A DNA stretch of 64,000 bases from Candidatus Nomurabacteria bacterium (GCA_020632035.1 JACKGG010000004.1:3575-67574), one strand, 5' to 3'. Counted from the stretch's first letter, positions 7,689-17,239 are shown. Notes: generated from the sequence alone by a model not told the origin. Numbers and translations are program-made.

Positions 7689-9629
7689 CTAGCTTTCAAG
7701 GACAGCCTTAATTCGCCGCACACCGGCAGAAGAAGATTCTTCCTTTTTAATCTTAAATGTACCACTAATGTTTTCCAGTGCTTCTACGTGGGGTCCTCCG
7801 CATAGCTCGCGCGAAAAAACTGTTCCGTCATTGCCTTTTACTGTGTAAACCTTTACTTCGTCAGGATAACGGTCCCAAAAACTGCCCTCCACAGTCGGAT
7901 CCTTCTCTGCTGTGTCCTTGCTCATCATGTCGATAGTAACCTTTCCTCCAGTTTGAATAGCTTTGTTTACCCAGGCTTCGATTTTGTCTAAAGTTTCCCG
8001 TTCGATTTTTTCAGGATGAGTGAAGTCAAAACGAAGGCGTTCCCCGGTGATATTTGAGCCAGCTTGGTGTACATGGTCTCCCAGAAAATGTCTAAGTGCA
8101 GCTAGAAGGAGGTGTGTACTAGTGTGATACTGAACCACTGTTTCAGAGTGATCAGCAAGTCCTCCTTTAAACTTTTGTTCAGCTCCTGCTCGAGACTTTT
8201 CTCGATGTTCCTCCATAAGCTTTTCAAAGCCGTCCTTGTCGACAATTAGTCCTTTCTCTTCAGCAATTTCTTCAGTTAACTCAATCGGAAAACCGTAAGT
8301 AGTAAATAAATCAAAGGCATTCTGAGCACTGATAGCTTTTTTTGTTACGGTTGATTCCTTGTCTAGAACTTTTTTACCGTCCACTATCTTGGTATTTACA
8401 TGAACCTGAAGTGAGATTTTATTAAACTGTTTGAGTCCATTTTCAAGTGTCTTGCGGAATTGCGCCTCTTCTTGAGTAATTGTTTGTTTTATTTCCTCCT
8501 CCTTATCCTTAAGATTTGTGTAATGTCCTTTGTAGGTTTGAATTACAGCTTCTGCGAGGTCAGAAAACATTCCCTCAGGAACTCCAATCATGTCAGCGTA
8601 GCGTACTGCTCTACGAAGTAGCCTCCGTACGAAATAACCTTGTTCAGTATTGCTTGGTAGTATGCCGTCTCCAATCATGAAAGTTGCTCCTCGAACATGA
8701 TCAGTCACAACTCTAAAAGCGACTAGATTATCTTCATATTTCTTTCCAGACAAGGTTTGGATTTTTTCAACCACATTCCAAAGTAAATCAACTTTAAACA
8801 TGTCATTCTCTTCTATTGCCGCTGCTGCGATACGCTCAAGACCTCCACCAAAATCAACGTTTTGCTTTGGTAGTTTTTCAAAGCCGTTTTCTGTCTTGAT
8901 GTATTCCATGAATACAGAATTCCCGATTTCAAGAAAACGTCCGCAGTCGCAGTTTGGGTGGCAGTGTTTACCAAACTTTGTGTCATGTGGAGTACCAAAA
9001 TCATAGAACACCTCACTATCAGGACCTCCTATTTCACCCACTGGCATGTTTTGAATCTTTCCAGCGCGCGTCCACCAGTTCTTACTTGCGTCGTAGTAAA
9101 AGATTCTTTCGCCTTCATTCATTCCCCTTTCACCACCCTCTTCTTCTGAGCCCATTTCAGCCACGCCAGCAGAGATACCTTTCTCAGTGAAGAGTTTCTT
9201 CCATATGTCTACAGCTTCTGTATCTTTGGGAACATTTGCTTTTTCGTCACCAATAAATGTTGTAACGTATATATTTTCTGGATTAAGTCCTACTTCGTCA
9301 GTCAAAAATGAATAGAACCAAGGAAGTTGTTCTTGTTTAAAATAGTCACCCAGTGACCAGTTTCCAAGCATTTCGAAAAAAGTAGTGTGTCGATTATCTC
9401 CCACTTCTTCTATGTCCTCAGCTCGAAAGCACTTCTGTGAGTCAGTTAGCTTGGTGCCCTTTGGGTGGGTTTCTCCCATCAGGTACGGTACAAGTGGCTG
9501 CATACCGCTACCGGTAAAAAGAGTCGTCGGGTCATTTTCTGGTACAAGAGCAGATGACGGAATAACAGCATGGCCGTTTTTGGCCATGAAATCTAGGTAT
9601 TTTTTACGAATGTCGTTGCCTTTGTTCAT
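7689..9629 (-). CDS. alaS: alanine--tRNA ligase, short form (catalytic, tRNA-recognition and editing domains; C-terminal C-Ala domain absent)
   Basis: N-terminus IRKKYLDFMAKNGHAVIPSSALVPENDPTTLFTGSGMQP matches AlaRS motif 1. An editing-domain HxxxH block is present (TSTHLLLAALRHFLGDHVHQAGS). Only 646 aa versus about 870 in typical bacteria. Confidence 0.9.
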   Translation of the reverse strand: MNKGNDIRKKYLDFMAKNGHAVIPSSALVPENDPTTLFTGSGMQPLVPYLMGETHPKGTKLTDSQKCFRAEDIEEVGDNRHTTFFEMLGNWSLGDYFKQEQLPWFYSFLTDEVGLNPENIYVTTFIGDEKANVPKDTEAVDIWKKLFTEKGISAGVAEMGSEEEGGERGMNEGERIFYYDASKNWWTRAGKIQNMPVGEIGGPDSEVFYDFGTPHDTKFGKHCHPNCDCGRFLEIGNSVFMEYIKTENGFEKLPKQNVDFGGGLERIAAAAIEENDMFKVDLLWNVVEKIQTLSGKKYEDNLVAFRVVTDHVRGATFMIGDGILPSNTEQGYFVRRLLRRAVRYADMIGVPEGMFSDLAEAVIQTYKGHYTNLKDKEEEIKQTITQEEAQFRKTLENGLKQFNKISLQVHVNTKIVDGKKVLDKESTVTKKAISAQNAFDLFTTYGFPIELTEEIAEEKGLIVDKDGFEKLMEEHREKSRAGAEQKFKGGLADHSETVVQYHTSTHLLLAALRHFLGDHVHQAGSNITGERLRFDFTHPEKIERETLDKIEAWVNKAIQTGGKVTIDMMSKDTAEKDPTVEGSFWDRYPDEVKVYTVKGNDGTVFSRELCGGPHVEALENISGTFKIKKEESSSAGVRRIKAVLES

Positions 9630-9687
9630 AGATTCAATAATTTACAGTATTGTGAATATAACACAATACTGTAAATCAATGTAGAAG

Positions 9688-9963
9688 TTACTGAGACAGG
9701 ATAGCAGCTGCGTTTAGGGCGCACTCTGAGCCAAAGCAGGTTAGCATTGAAACAAAGTCATAGAAGTAAATTTCCATACCGTAGCCAGCCACGATAAGAA
9801 CTAATCCAGCTATAGTAAGTGAATGTTCAAGCCTAAAGCTTTTGAGGACTAACTTGTCTATTTTGCGTTCGTGAGCGAGCTCTGTATGCGCAATAAGCAC
9901 TCCAACTGCGAGCATTGCTTTGCCGATTGTTCCAACTGTAAGACCCCAAAAAAGTAAATTCAT
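9688..9963 (-). CDS. small hydrophobic membrane protein, hypothetical
   Basis: 91 aa with two or three predicted TM helices, sitting between the M16 peptidase pair and alaS on the same strand. Confidence 0.4.
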   Translation of the reverse strand: MNLLFWGLTVGTIGKAMLAVGVLIAHTELAHERKIDKLVLKSFRLEHSLTIAGLVLIVAGYGMEIYFYDFVSMLTCFGSECALNAAAILSQ

Positions 9964-9976
9964 ATTAGAAACATTA

Positions 9977-11308
9977 TTACACAGACTTAATAAAATCTTT
10001 GATGTTCTTTTGAACAGTTTTAGTTGGTCCCGCGCCCGAGATGGTTAAGTTGTTAGGGTTTAGGTATGTTTTTATTGCTTTATTTACCTCATCAAGAGTT
10101 AGAGAATTGACTCTATTCTTATGTTCCTTCATCTCATCCAACGAAAAACCGTTGTAATGATAAGAGTGAAGATCACTCAACAGTCCACCGATTGAGTCGT
10201 TAAGAAGGACTTGGCTGGTGTTCATAATCGTCTTAAACTTTTCCAGCTCCGCTTTCGTAATACCTTTATTATAGAGTTTTTTGATTTCTCGAAAAGTAGA
10301 TTCAAGTCCTTGTAGTGCCTTGTCTGGCGCGAAGAAAGTGATAATTCTCCAGTAACCCTGCTCTGTTCCAGAAAAGCCTTCTAACTTTGCGTAGATTCCA
10401 TAGGTCAGACCTTCCAATTCTCGAACAGTACTCATAAGTCGTCCCGAAAAGCCTCCCCACCTTCCTAACACTGCTAATCCAAGACTGAGTGGGACGTAAT
10501 CAGGATGATGTAATGTGATTGGTAGTGGAGCACCAATGCTGAAATCGATGTTAGAACGACTAGGTATGTTACTCAAAACCGCCACTTGTTTCGGAGTCTT
10601 TTGTTGATGGATAGAAGTGGTATCCTTGCAAGAAAAATTATTAGTTATTCTCTTCACAGTTTTGTGAAGTTTTTCACATTCAGTTGAGTTGCCGGCGATG
10701 CTACATGTCCAGTTGCGACTAAGAACCTTACTGTGTAGAGCCTTGATGTGTCTAACTTGAGTTGTTTTGACACACTCAATAGTTTCCTCTATTGGGTATG
10801 TGTACTTTCGGTCACTGAATCCATAAATAGTATTAAGTAGATTTTCCTGAGCAATACTCTTTGAGTCTTCTTTTGATTCGATAAGTTCGTTGTGTACAGT
10901 AGTGCGAATTCTTTGTAGTTCGGCTTTCGAAAATAACGGTGAAATCATCATCGCTTCAAAAAGACTCAAAAGCTTTCCAAAATGTTCCTTTCTAGACTTT
11001 AGGGAAAAAGTCACTACTCCGCTTCCAACATTTACGCTTAAAGTTGCGCCTAAAGTATTTACAGCGTTTAGAAATTCCTCTCTTGTGTGCTTATCTGTTC
11101 CAGAAAGTATCGCGTCCCCATACATTAATTGCGCTGACTGATCTGCTACAGTTCTTTCGTCATGAACATCGACTGTAATTAGCGCGCTAACAGTTGGTGT
11201 TTGCTTAGGAATAATAGTTGCTAGTGAGTAGTTCTCAGATTTATTTATGTGGTATTTCATACTAGTTTTTCCCAACAAAGTAGCCAATAGTAAGGTTGTT
11301 TTCTTCAA
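9977..11308 (-). CDS. M16-family (pitrilysin/insulinase-like) peptidase, non-catalytic partner subunit
   Basis: 443 aa. Has the M16 two-domain architecture but no HxxEH motif. Lies immediately downstream of, and overlapping, the catalytic M16 gene, as in typical M16B pairs. Confidence 0.7.
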   Translation of the reverse strand: MKKTTLLLATLLGKTSMKYHINKSENYSLATIIPKQTPTVSALITVDVHDERTVADQSAQLMYGDAILSGTDKHTREEFLNAVNTLGATLSVNVGSGVVTFSLKSRKEHFGKLLSLFEAMMISPLFSKAELQRIRTTVHNELIESKEDSKSIAQENLLNTIYGFSDRKYTYPIEETIECVKTTQVRHIKALHSKVLSRNWTCSIAGNSTECEKLHKTVKRITNNFSCKDTTSIHQQKTPKQVAVLSNIPSRSNIDFSIGAPLPITLHHPDYVPLSLGLAVLGRWGGFSGRLMSTVRELEGLTYGIYAKLEGFSGTEQGYWRIITFFAPDKALQGLESTFREIKKLYNKGITKAELEKFKTIMNTSQVLLNDSIGGLLSDLHSYHYNGFSLDEMKEHKNRVNSLTLDEVNKAIKTYLNPNNLTISGAGPTKTVQKNIKDFIKSV

Positions 11309-12584
11309 AGTTTTTCTTGATAGAGTCCAAAATATCTTTTGTAGTTATAGACTTTAATATTTCAGGTGTTCTCGCATAGACCTCCCATTGTCCAGATGAT
11401 ACGTATTCAGTAAGTTCTTGTGCAATTCGTAATGAATGCTGTCTAGCAAACATTTCGTCTGTTAGAATTCCTGCCTTAGCTTTTTTTAGTAGTGGACTTA
11501 TTGTTTTTGCGTCTAAGGCCTTGAAGCTATTGAGTACTAGACTTTCAATTTCATTGTGAGTTTGACCTTCTGCCAAGGTGACACTAAGTAGTCCGAGGTT
11601 TGTTTCGGAAGTGGGTTCAATTGCTCCGTCAACACTCGATGCCTTGCCTGTGTCGATTAATAAACGATGAAGAATACTTTCCGGACCAGTAGATAGAATA
11701 CCCAACATTATGTTAGTTACGAACCAGTCTTTTGTTGGGAAGCCTTCATGTTTAAAACCGATAGATACGATATTTGTGTTTGACTCTCTTTCGATTGAAA
11801 TTCTACGGACACCTTCTTGTTTCGGTTCCCTGATTGTAAATCTTGGTATAGAAGTGTCAGGGTTTTTGATGTCACCGAATGACTTACGCACTGCTTCAAG
11901 AGCTGTCTTCTTATCAATATCACCAATAACCATCATAACGGCATTGTCAGGTCGGTAATAATTTCGGTAAAACTTTTCCAGCTTATCAGGTGTATAGTCT
12001 TCTATATCTTCTCGATAGCCAATAGTTTCATGTCCATAAGGATGAGAATGAAAGGCGGTGCTACACATCTGGACAGAAAGGGCGAAATGCGGGTCGCCAT
12101 TGTACATGTCAAACTCACTAAGGACATTGCCTTGCTCAGGCTTTAATTCTTTATCATTTAGAATCACACCATTCATTCTCTCTGCTTCAATTTGAAGCGC
12201 TTCGTTCAAAAGCTCCTTAGGGTAGCTGAAGTAGTATGTGGTTCGGTCTTTCCAGGTGTTGGCATTTAAGATGCAACCGGTCTCACGTTCAAACTGCATG
12301 CTTTTACCAGACTTAATTCCCTGCTTTACATCAGTTTCGGTTGGCTTAAACAACATGTGCTCAAGCATGTGTGCGACACCGGTCACTCCCCTTTCTTCAT
12401 CTCTGGCTCCAACTAGATAAGTGACATTAGTTGTAACCACGCCTGTTTCTGGGCGATTGTGATACAAAACACGAAGTCCATTGCTTTTGAGCTGGTACTC
12501 ATCCACCCCACCAGCACTTTTGATAAAGGTGTATCCGGTAACTGATGTTTTGTTTTTTGCTTTAGCTGAGGTTGTCTTTGACAT
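11262..12584 (-). CDS. M16-family zinc metallopeptidase, catalytic subunit (inverted zincin HxxEH)
   Basis: GVAHMLEHMLFKPT contains the HxxEH zinc-binding motif of the M16 family. 440 aa. Confidence 0.85.
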   Translation of the reverse strand: MSKTTSAKAKNKTSVTGYTFIKSAGGVDEYQLKSNGLRVLYHNRPETGVVTTNVTYLVGARDEERGVTGVAHMLEHMLFKPTETDVKQGIKSGKSMQFERETGCILNANTWKDRTTYYFSYPKELLNEALQIEAERMNGVILNDKELKPEQGNVLSEFDMYNGDPHFALSVQMCSTAFHSHPYGHETIGYREDIEDYTPDKLEKFYRNYYRPDNAVMMVIGDIDKKTALEAVRKSFGDIKNPDTSIPRFTIREPKQEGVRRISIERESNTNIVSIGFKHEGFPTKDWFVTNIMLGILSTGPESILHRLLIDTGKASSVDGAIEPTSETNLGLLSVTLAEGQTHNEIESLVLNSFKALDAKTISPLLKKAKAGILTDEMFARQHSLRIAQELTEYVSSGQWEVYARTPEILKSITTKDILDSIKKNFEENNLTIGYFVGKN

Positions 12585-13173
12585 CGAATATAAAATCTTT
12601 ATAGGTTTTAAATGTGTGATTGAACTCGTGTACTATACCATCTGCTAGTCTGCTGTTGATAGCATTTGCGATATTTTGGTATGCTTCTAGCCTATTGTCG
12701 AGGTGTGTACCAAATTCCCTCAAGAACCCGTTGTGGTCATCATAGTAATCCTCTACCATACTTCTAAAGTTGTGAGTTTTGTCGGCTGCGGCAATCATCA
12801 CTGCTTCTATAGGACCTTTACGAAGCTGTTTCGCATAATTTTTTTTGATTTCAAGCCAGGACTGTTTATCTTGGTCGCTGCTTCCTGGTTCAGTTAAAGT
12901 TTGTACGATTAGTGCGACTTTTTCTCCAAAATCCTCGACCAACTCTTCGTAGGTGTAGTCTGTGTCCTCTAAGGTGTCGTGCAGTAACCCAGCTACCAAG
13001 GTATCTTCGTCAGTTGTGTAGTCTCTTAGAATCAGAGTAACAGCCATTAGGTGGGTTAGGTAAGGTAATGGTACCGAACCTTTTCTAAGTTGGTCCTGGT
13101 GAAGTAATGATGCTGCTTTTATGGCTTGTTCAATTTTGTACGAATACATAGAGTTCCAACTATAATACAACAC
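12562..13173 (-). CDS. HD-domain hydrolase of the RelA/SpoT-hydrolase type (small alarmone hydrolase-like, Mesh1-like)
   Basis: IEQAIKAASLLHQDQLRKGSVPLPYLTHLMAVTLILRDYTTDEDTLVAGLLHDTLEDT reproduces the RelA/SpoT HD block (H...HD...ED). No synthetase domain. The likely true start is the internal MYSYKIEQ. Confidence 0.7.
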   Translation of the reverse strand: MLYYSWNSMYSYKIEQAIKAASLLHQDQLRKGSVPLPYLTHLMAVTLILRDYTTDEDTLVAGLLHDTLEDTDYTYEELVEDFGEKVALIVQTLTEPGSSDQDKQSWLEIKKNYAKQLRKGPIEAVMIAAADKTHNFRSMVEDYYDDHNGFLREFGTHLDNRLEAYQNIANAINSRLADGIVHEFNHTFKTYKDFIFDVKDNLS

Positions 13174-13417
13174 CTTCTCTTTTTAATAAAAGCTTTTTTG
13201 CCGTCTCTCCTCCTCGATTGTATCCACCGGGACTGCCATCGCTACGAATAACTCGATGGCAGGGTATAGTTTTGTCGAAATTTTTCGCCATTATATTAGC
13301 GACGGCACGGGCGGCTTTAGGGTGGCCGACTGCGCTGGCCACCTCCATATAGCTACGCACCTCCCCTAGAGGGATTTTTTTAACTACTTCTGTAACTTTA
13401 GTTGTAAAGTTTTTCAT
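13160..13417 (-). CDS. MGMT-family protein: stand-alone DNA-binding/active-site domain of O6-alkylguanine-DNA alkyltransferase
   Basis: 85 aa. VASAVGHPKAARAVANIM...IPCHRVIRSDGSPGGY contains the PCHR active-site cysteine motif and the helix-turn-helix of the Ogt/Ada C-terminal domain. Overlaps the downstream HD gene by 14 nt. Confidence 0.75.
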   Translation of the reverse strand: MKNFTTKVTEVVKKIPLGEVRSYMEVASAVGHPKAARAVANIMAKNFDKTIPCHRVIRSDGSPGGYNRGGETAKKLLLKREGVVL

Positions 13418-13428
13418 GTGAAGTAAGC

Positions 13429-14217
13429 CTATTTAATTTTGTTAGCAAAATGGATTGCTTGCAGTTTCTTTCCTGCTGCTTCCCGATACGGACAAAATTC
13501 ACATGAGTCACCAGATGGTGGCAAGTCTTTTTCATTAAGGCAGGCTTTAATTTCTGCTAGCGTGGAGTTTATCCAGCTGACATCGGCTTCTACCGGTACT
13601 AAGGTTGTCTCAAATATAAGTTTGTCTCCAAACTCCGGTAATGATTTGTCAGCATTTGCATAGACTAAGTACCCGGTTGGTTGGACACTAAAACCATTCA
13701 TCTCTAGTAGCCACTTATAGACCCCAAGCTGGCGTGTGTATTGCTTCTCCCATGGACTATCACCCAGTTTGTCGATCCGCCCTTCTTTTGAGGTTGATTT
13801 ATAATCTACAATGATAAGTGAGCCGTCTGGCGCGACCCAGATGTCATCTACTCCCCCGCTTACGGTCAGACCTGTTGGTTTATGTGTATGTGTAATACCG
13901 ACAAATGGGTCGCGCCAGGTATCCATGTTTTTATGTTCAAAAGGTACAGCGTCAATTTTAAATTTTTTCATTATCGGGTGCGGTTTTTGGGTTTTTCGGT
14001 ATTTATCAAACTCTTTCTTAAACAATTCGTCTACAGCGATGTTTAAATTAAATGATGGAAAACCAGGGCGCTTAGTTCCTAAAACGTTATCAAGATAGAA
14101 ACATCTTGGACACTCAAAAAAGAAGTCGATTTTTGACCTAGATAGTCGCCACTTTTCTCCACCGTAGTTCCACTCAGCTTTTCGATTAGGGTTGTATTTA
14201 TATGTATATTCTGCCAT
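13429..14217 (-). CDS. PD-(D/E)xK nuclease superfamily protein with Cas4/AddB-like cysteine pairs (putative Fe-S cluster)
   Basis: Nuclease core signature ...VDDIWVAPDGSLIIVDYKST (D...D-x-K). An N-terminal CPRC plus a C-terminal CEFCPY match the Cas4-like Cys arrangement. Confidence 0.55.
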   Translation of the reverse strand: MAEYTYKYNPNRKAEWNYGGEKWRLSRSKIDFFFECPRCFYLDNVLGTKRPGFPSFNLNIAVDELFKKEFDKYRKTQKPHPIMKKFKIDAVPFEHKNMDTWRDPFVGITHTHKPTGLTVSGGVDDIWVAPDGSLIIVDYKSTSKEGRIDKLGDSPWEKQYTRQLGVYKWLLEMNGFSVQPTGYLVYANADKSLPEFGDKLIFETTLVPVEADVSWINSTLAEIKACLNEKDLPPSGDSCEFCPYREAAGKKLQAIHFANKIK

Positions 14218-14279
14218 TTGTTTATTATAACATCATGAGTTAAGTGCAAAAAAGAACTGTCGTACAAGCCAGTTCTTTG

Positions 14280-14480
14280 TTAGTCACCCCATTTGTTAGG
14301 GTAGATAATCACATACGTCATCCATCCAAAAACGAATGTGAGCGCTGAGTCGAACAATTTCAGATCGAATGCTTGTCCGAGCTCCTCTACGTTTACGTTG
14401 TATGTCCAAACATTATTGTTAAGGTAAACAAAAATGAAAAACATACATACAATTAAGCTGATCAGGATGCGCATACTCAC
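14280..14480 (-). CDS. small membrane protein, hypothetical
   Basis: 66 aa with one hydrophobic helix ILISLIVCMFFIFVYL. Support is weak. Confidence 0.3.
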   Translation of the reverse strand: MSMRILISLIVCMFFIFVYLNNNVWTYNVNVEELGQAFDLKLFDSALTFVFGWMTYVIIYPNKWGD

Positions 14481-14597
14481 TCCTTTTTATAAGGTCTGTT
14501 TCAAGATTAGTTCTTATTTATATTTGCGTCAAATTAGTTATACATAAGAAAAAGCCCAACTAAAGTGGACTTTTTCGAAATTCTTCAAGTTAGCTAT

Positions 14598-15149
14598 CTA
14601 TTTAGCAGTGAATGTATCGAAGATTTTGTCGATCTGAACATCTCCGGCCAGACTGAAGTCGTAATCACCATCCTCAGTAAAGATTACTACAGCGTATTGT
14701 CGATCTGGTGTTGTGGAACGTTGCAAGATAATTTCGGATGGTACTAGACCGTATGATTCGCTGAATCGAACTACACCAAGAATATAGCCAAGTTTACCAT
14801 CATTGTACTCTCGTACGCCGATCCATCCTTCGCTAACTGGGTATACTGCGCTTTCTAGTTTTACTGAAGCAGATGCTTCCTGGTCCTCTACATTAACTGA
14901 GCCGTCACCAACCTCTAGTACTGGAAGTTCCTTCATAACTTCTTGATCTGTTGTCCCTCCAGTATTGTCTGTGTTTGGTACAGTAACGGTCTCTGATTCC
15001 ACTACTTCTGCTGAACTATCGTCCTTCATGTCTCCATCAGGAGCATTAGCACTAGGGCCAGAAAAAGCCCAAACTAACATTCCGCCGATAAGGAGTCCGA
15101 CTACGAAGGCAACTAATGTCTTCTGTCCGTCTTGTTTTTCTTCTGCCAT
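14598..15149 (-). CDS. membrane-anchored hypothetical protein with an acidic extracytoplasmic domain
   Basis: 183 aa. The N-terminal TM helix LVAFVVGLLIGGMLVWAF is followed by an Asp/Glu/Thr-rich region. Confidence 0.45.
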   Translation of the reverse strand: MAEEKQDGQKTLVAFVVGLLIGGMLVWAFSGPSANAPDGDMKDDSSAEVVESETVTVPNTDNTGGTTDQEVMKELPVLEVGDGSVNVEDQEASASVKLESAVYPVSEGWIGVREYNDGKLGYILGVVRFSESYGLVPSEIILQRSTTPDRQYAVVIFTEDGDYDFSLAGDVQIDKIFDTFTAK

Positions 15150-15245
15150 ACAAAAAGTTTAATGATTTGCTGTAATTAAGTAATGCTGTGAGTATAACAC
15201 AAGGCAAATAGCGCAGTAACATTGACAGAATGACTGTTTTGAATG

Positions 15246-16106
15246 CTATTTTTGACCACAAAGGGCTCGTACTTCTTGCATTAGGGCTTCGTGCTTACGC
15301 TTCGGTAGGTGCAGGTGTCGCAAGACTGCTTCGTGCGCTAGAATATCTCGACAAAGTATAATGTCACGAGCAATCAGTGTTTCAGCTTGTGAAGATGATA
15401 AGTTTTGTAACACTGTAATCGGATAAACAGCCGCTCTTTGTATTCTGTCGTGCAGGTTGTCATTTTTGGGGTAATCCCAGCTAAGCATTTTTAAACCGAC
15501 ACAATTACCATAATCTTGAGCTGTGGTTGTGAACTTGGTATTTGTAATTAACCAAAACTCTTTTATGCCACAAATATCTTCGGAACAAATACTGGCGTCT
15601 CTCAGATCTAAAAGTCGGGCGTAAGAGTACATGGCAACTTGTAAATCAGATTTTACTCCCGGTCTAGAGTGAAATTTGGCTTCACCGACAAAACTATGGT
15701 CTTTTCTATAGGCAGCCAGGTCTATTTCGTGCGGAGCACATTTACCTTGAATAATGATACCAGTCCTTATTTTGTAACCATCAAGTTCGAAAAGTCGACC
15801 TAGAAATTTTTCAAAAGGAAAACCCGTGGGACCGAGGTTAAACAAGGCTCTTCGTAGTGAATATCTGGCTGCAGCTGGTGGTCTGGCGTTTCGCAGCAGG
15901 CTAAAAGCGTGTCGGTAAATTTCTTGTGTTTGCACTCCATCATATAGAGTCTTATTTACTTCTGTGACGATTTCGTTAATTTCGTCTGCACTAGCTCCAG
16001 CACGCCTTAGAGAACGACGTAGCTTTTCTATCTTAAAGAACTCAGCCGTCCCATCGGCCTTAGTAATAGTTATTGGCATTAAGCAAGTATACCACCACCA
16101 ATGCAT
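15246..16106 (-). CDS. ATP-cone domain fused to a restriction-endonuclease-like (Mrr-type PD-(D/E)xK) domain
   Basis: N-terminus ITKADGTAEFFKIEKLRRSLRRAGAS has the ATP-cone pattern seen in NrdR and RNR. The central region HEIDLAAYRKDHSFVGEAKF has the D...E-x-K nuclease signature. The likely start is MPITITK. The 3' end of mnmA overlaps this gene's start by 28 nt. Confidence 0.55.
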   Translation of the reverse strand: MHWWWYTCLMPITITKADGTAEFFKIEKLRRSLRRAGASADEINEIVTEVNKTLYDGVQTQEIYRHAFSLLRNARPPAAARYSLRRALFNLGPTGFPFEKFLGRLFELDGYKIRTGIIIQGKCAPHEIDLAAYRKDHSFVGEAKFHSRPGVKSDLQVAMYSYARLLDLRDASICSEDICGIKEFWLITNTKFTTTAQDYGNCVGLKMLSWDYPKNDNLHDRIQRAAVYPITVLQNLSSSQAETLIARDIILCRDILAHEAVLRHLHLPKRKHEALMQEVRALCGQK

Positions 16107-17182
16107 TGTGATCCTTTGTATAATACACAGGATTGACCAACCACCGCAACTTCAGTTGGTTTTAAAATAGTTAATATCATAGAGTTATTCTTTGCCTCAT
16201 GAGCTACAACTTTAAACGGTGCCTGGCGGTATCTAAATTGTGCTTCGAGAATTTCTCCATCCTTGAGCTGGCTTCTAAGAACAACATTAGAAATCAATAA
16301 ATTATTGCCTGGGTTTGTTTCTGGTTTAGTAGAGTTTACTGTAATAGTGTTAGATTCAATGTCTCTGCTGGAAATGTACATTGCTTCTCTGGCTGTGTCT
16401 TTCGTGTTCAGGGTGAAGCCGTGACGCTGACCAATTGTATAAACCAGTGCTCCTTTATGCTTTCCTACTACTTTCCCAGCTTCATCTAACACATCACCTT
16501 TTTTTAGGTCTATGTAATGGGAAAGAAACTCAGGAATATCAACATGGCCTAGAAAGCAGATCCCTTGACTGTCTTTTTTTATAGCTGTAGGTAAACCTAG
16601 TTTTTCTGCTTCTTTACGGATTTGTGACTTTGGTGTATCGCCAATTGGAAATAGTGTGTAATCAAGCTGATCTTGAGTTAAGGTCCATAAAAAATATGTT
16701 TGGTCTTTGTTACTGTCTACTCCCCGATGCATCTCAGCTTTCGGCACAGGGCCACCCTTTGTAATCTTGTCATTCTCTGTAGTGTTCGTTGGGTTTATGC
16801 GTTGTGCATAGTGACCAGTCGCAATGAAGTCAGCCCCTCTTTCTTTTGCAAAGCGCAAAAAGGCACCAAATTTGACCTCTTTGTTACACATTACGTCTGG
16901 ATTAGGTGTTCGACCTGTTTTGTATTCCTCTATGAAATATTTTGCCACTTCATCGCGGTATTCTGCTTCAGCGTCGCAAGTAAGAAAAGGTATCTCTAAA
17001 TGAGCTGCTACCCGCATGGCGTCCAGCCTCTCTTGTTCCCAGTTGCACACCATAAACTCTGGATGCCAGACTTTGATAAAAACTCCGACTACGTTGTAGC
17101 CGCGCGCCAAAAGGCGCGCGGCCGCCACCGACGAATCCACCCCTCCAGATAACCCAACAAATACTGTTTGTTTCTTTCTCAT
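16079..17182 (-). CDS. mnmA: tRNA-specific 2-thiouridylase MnmA
   Basis: PP-loop VFVGLSGGVDSSVAAARLL. The overall length and central and C-terminal domains match MnmA/TrmU. Confidence 0.9.
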   Translation of the reverse strand: MRKKQTVFVGLSGGVDSSVAAARLLARGYNVVGVFIKVWHPEFMVCNWEQERLDAMRVAAHLEIPFLTCDAEAEYRDEVAKYFIEEYKTGRTPNPDVMCNKEVKFGAFLRFAKERGADFIATGHYAQRINPTNTTENDKITKGGPVPKAEMHRGVDSNKDQTYFLWTLTQDQLDYTLFPIGDTPKSQIRKEAEKLGLPTAIKKDSQGICFLGHVDIPEFLSHYIDLKKGDVLDEAGKVVGKHKGALVYTIGQRHGFTLNTKDTAREAMYISSRDIESNTITVNSTKPETNPGNNLLISNVVLRSQLKDGEILEAQFRYRQAPFKVVAHEAKNNSMILTILKPTEVAVVGQSCVLYKGSQCIGGGILA

Positions 17183-17239
17183 TCGAAGACTCTAGCATAT
17201 TGTTGACAAAAACTAAAACTGTTATACTTTTGTATAAAT

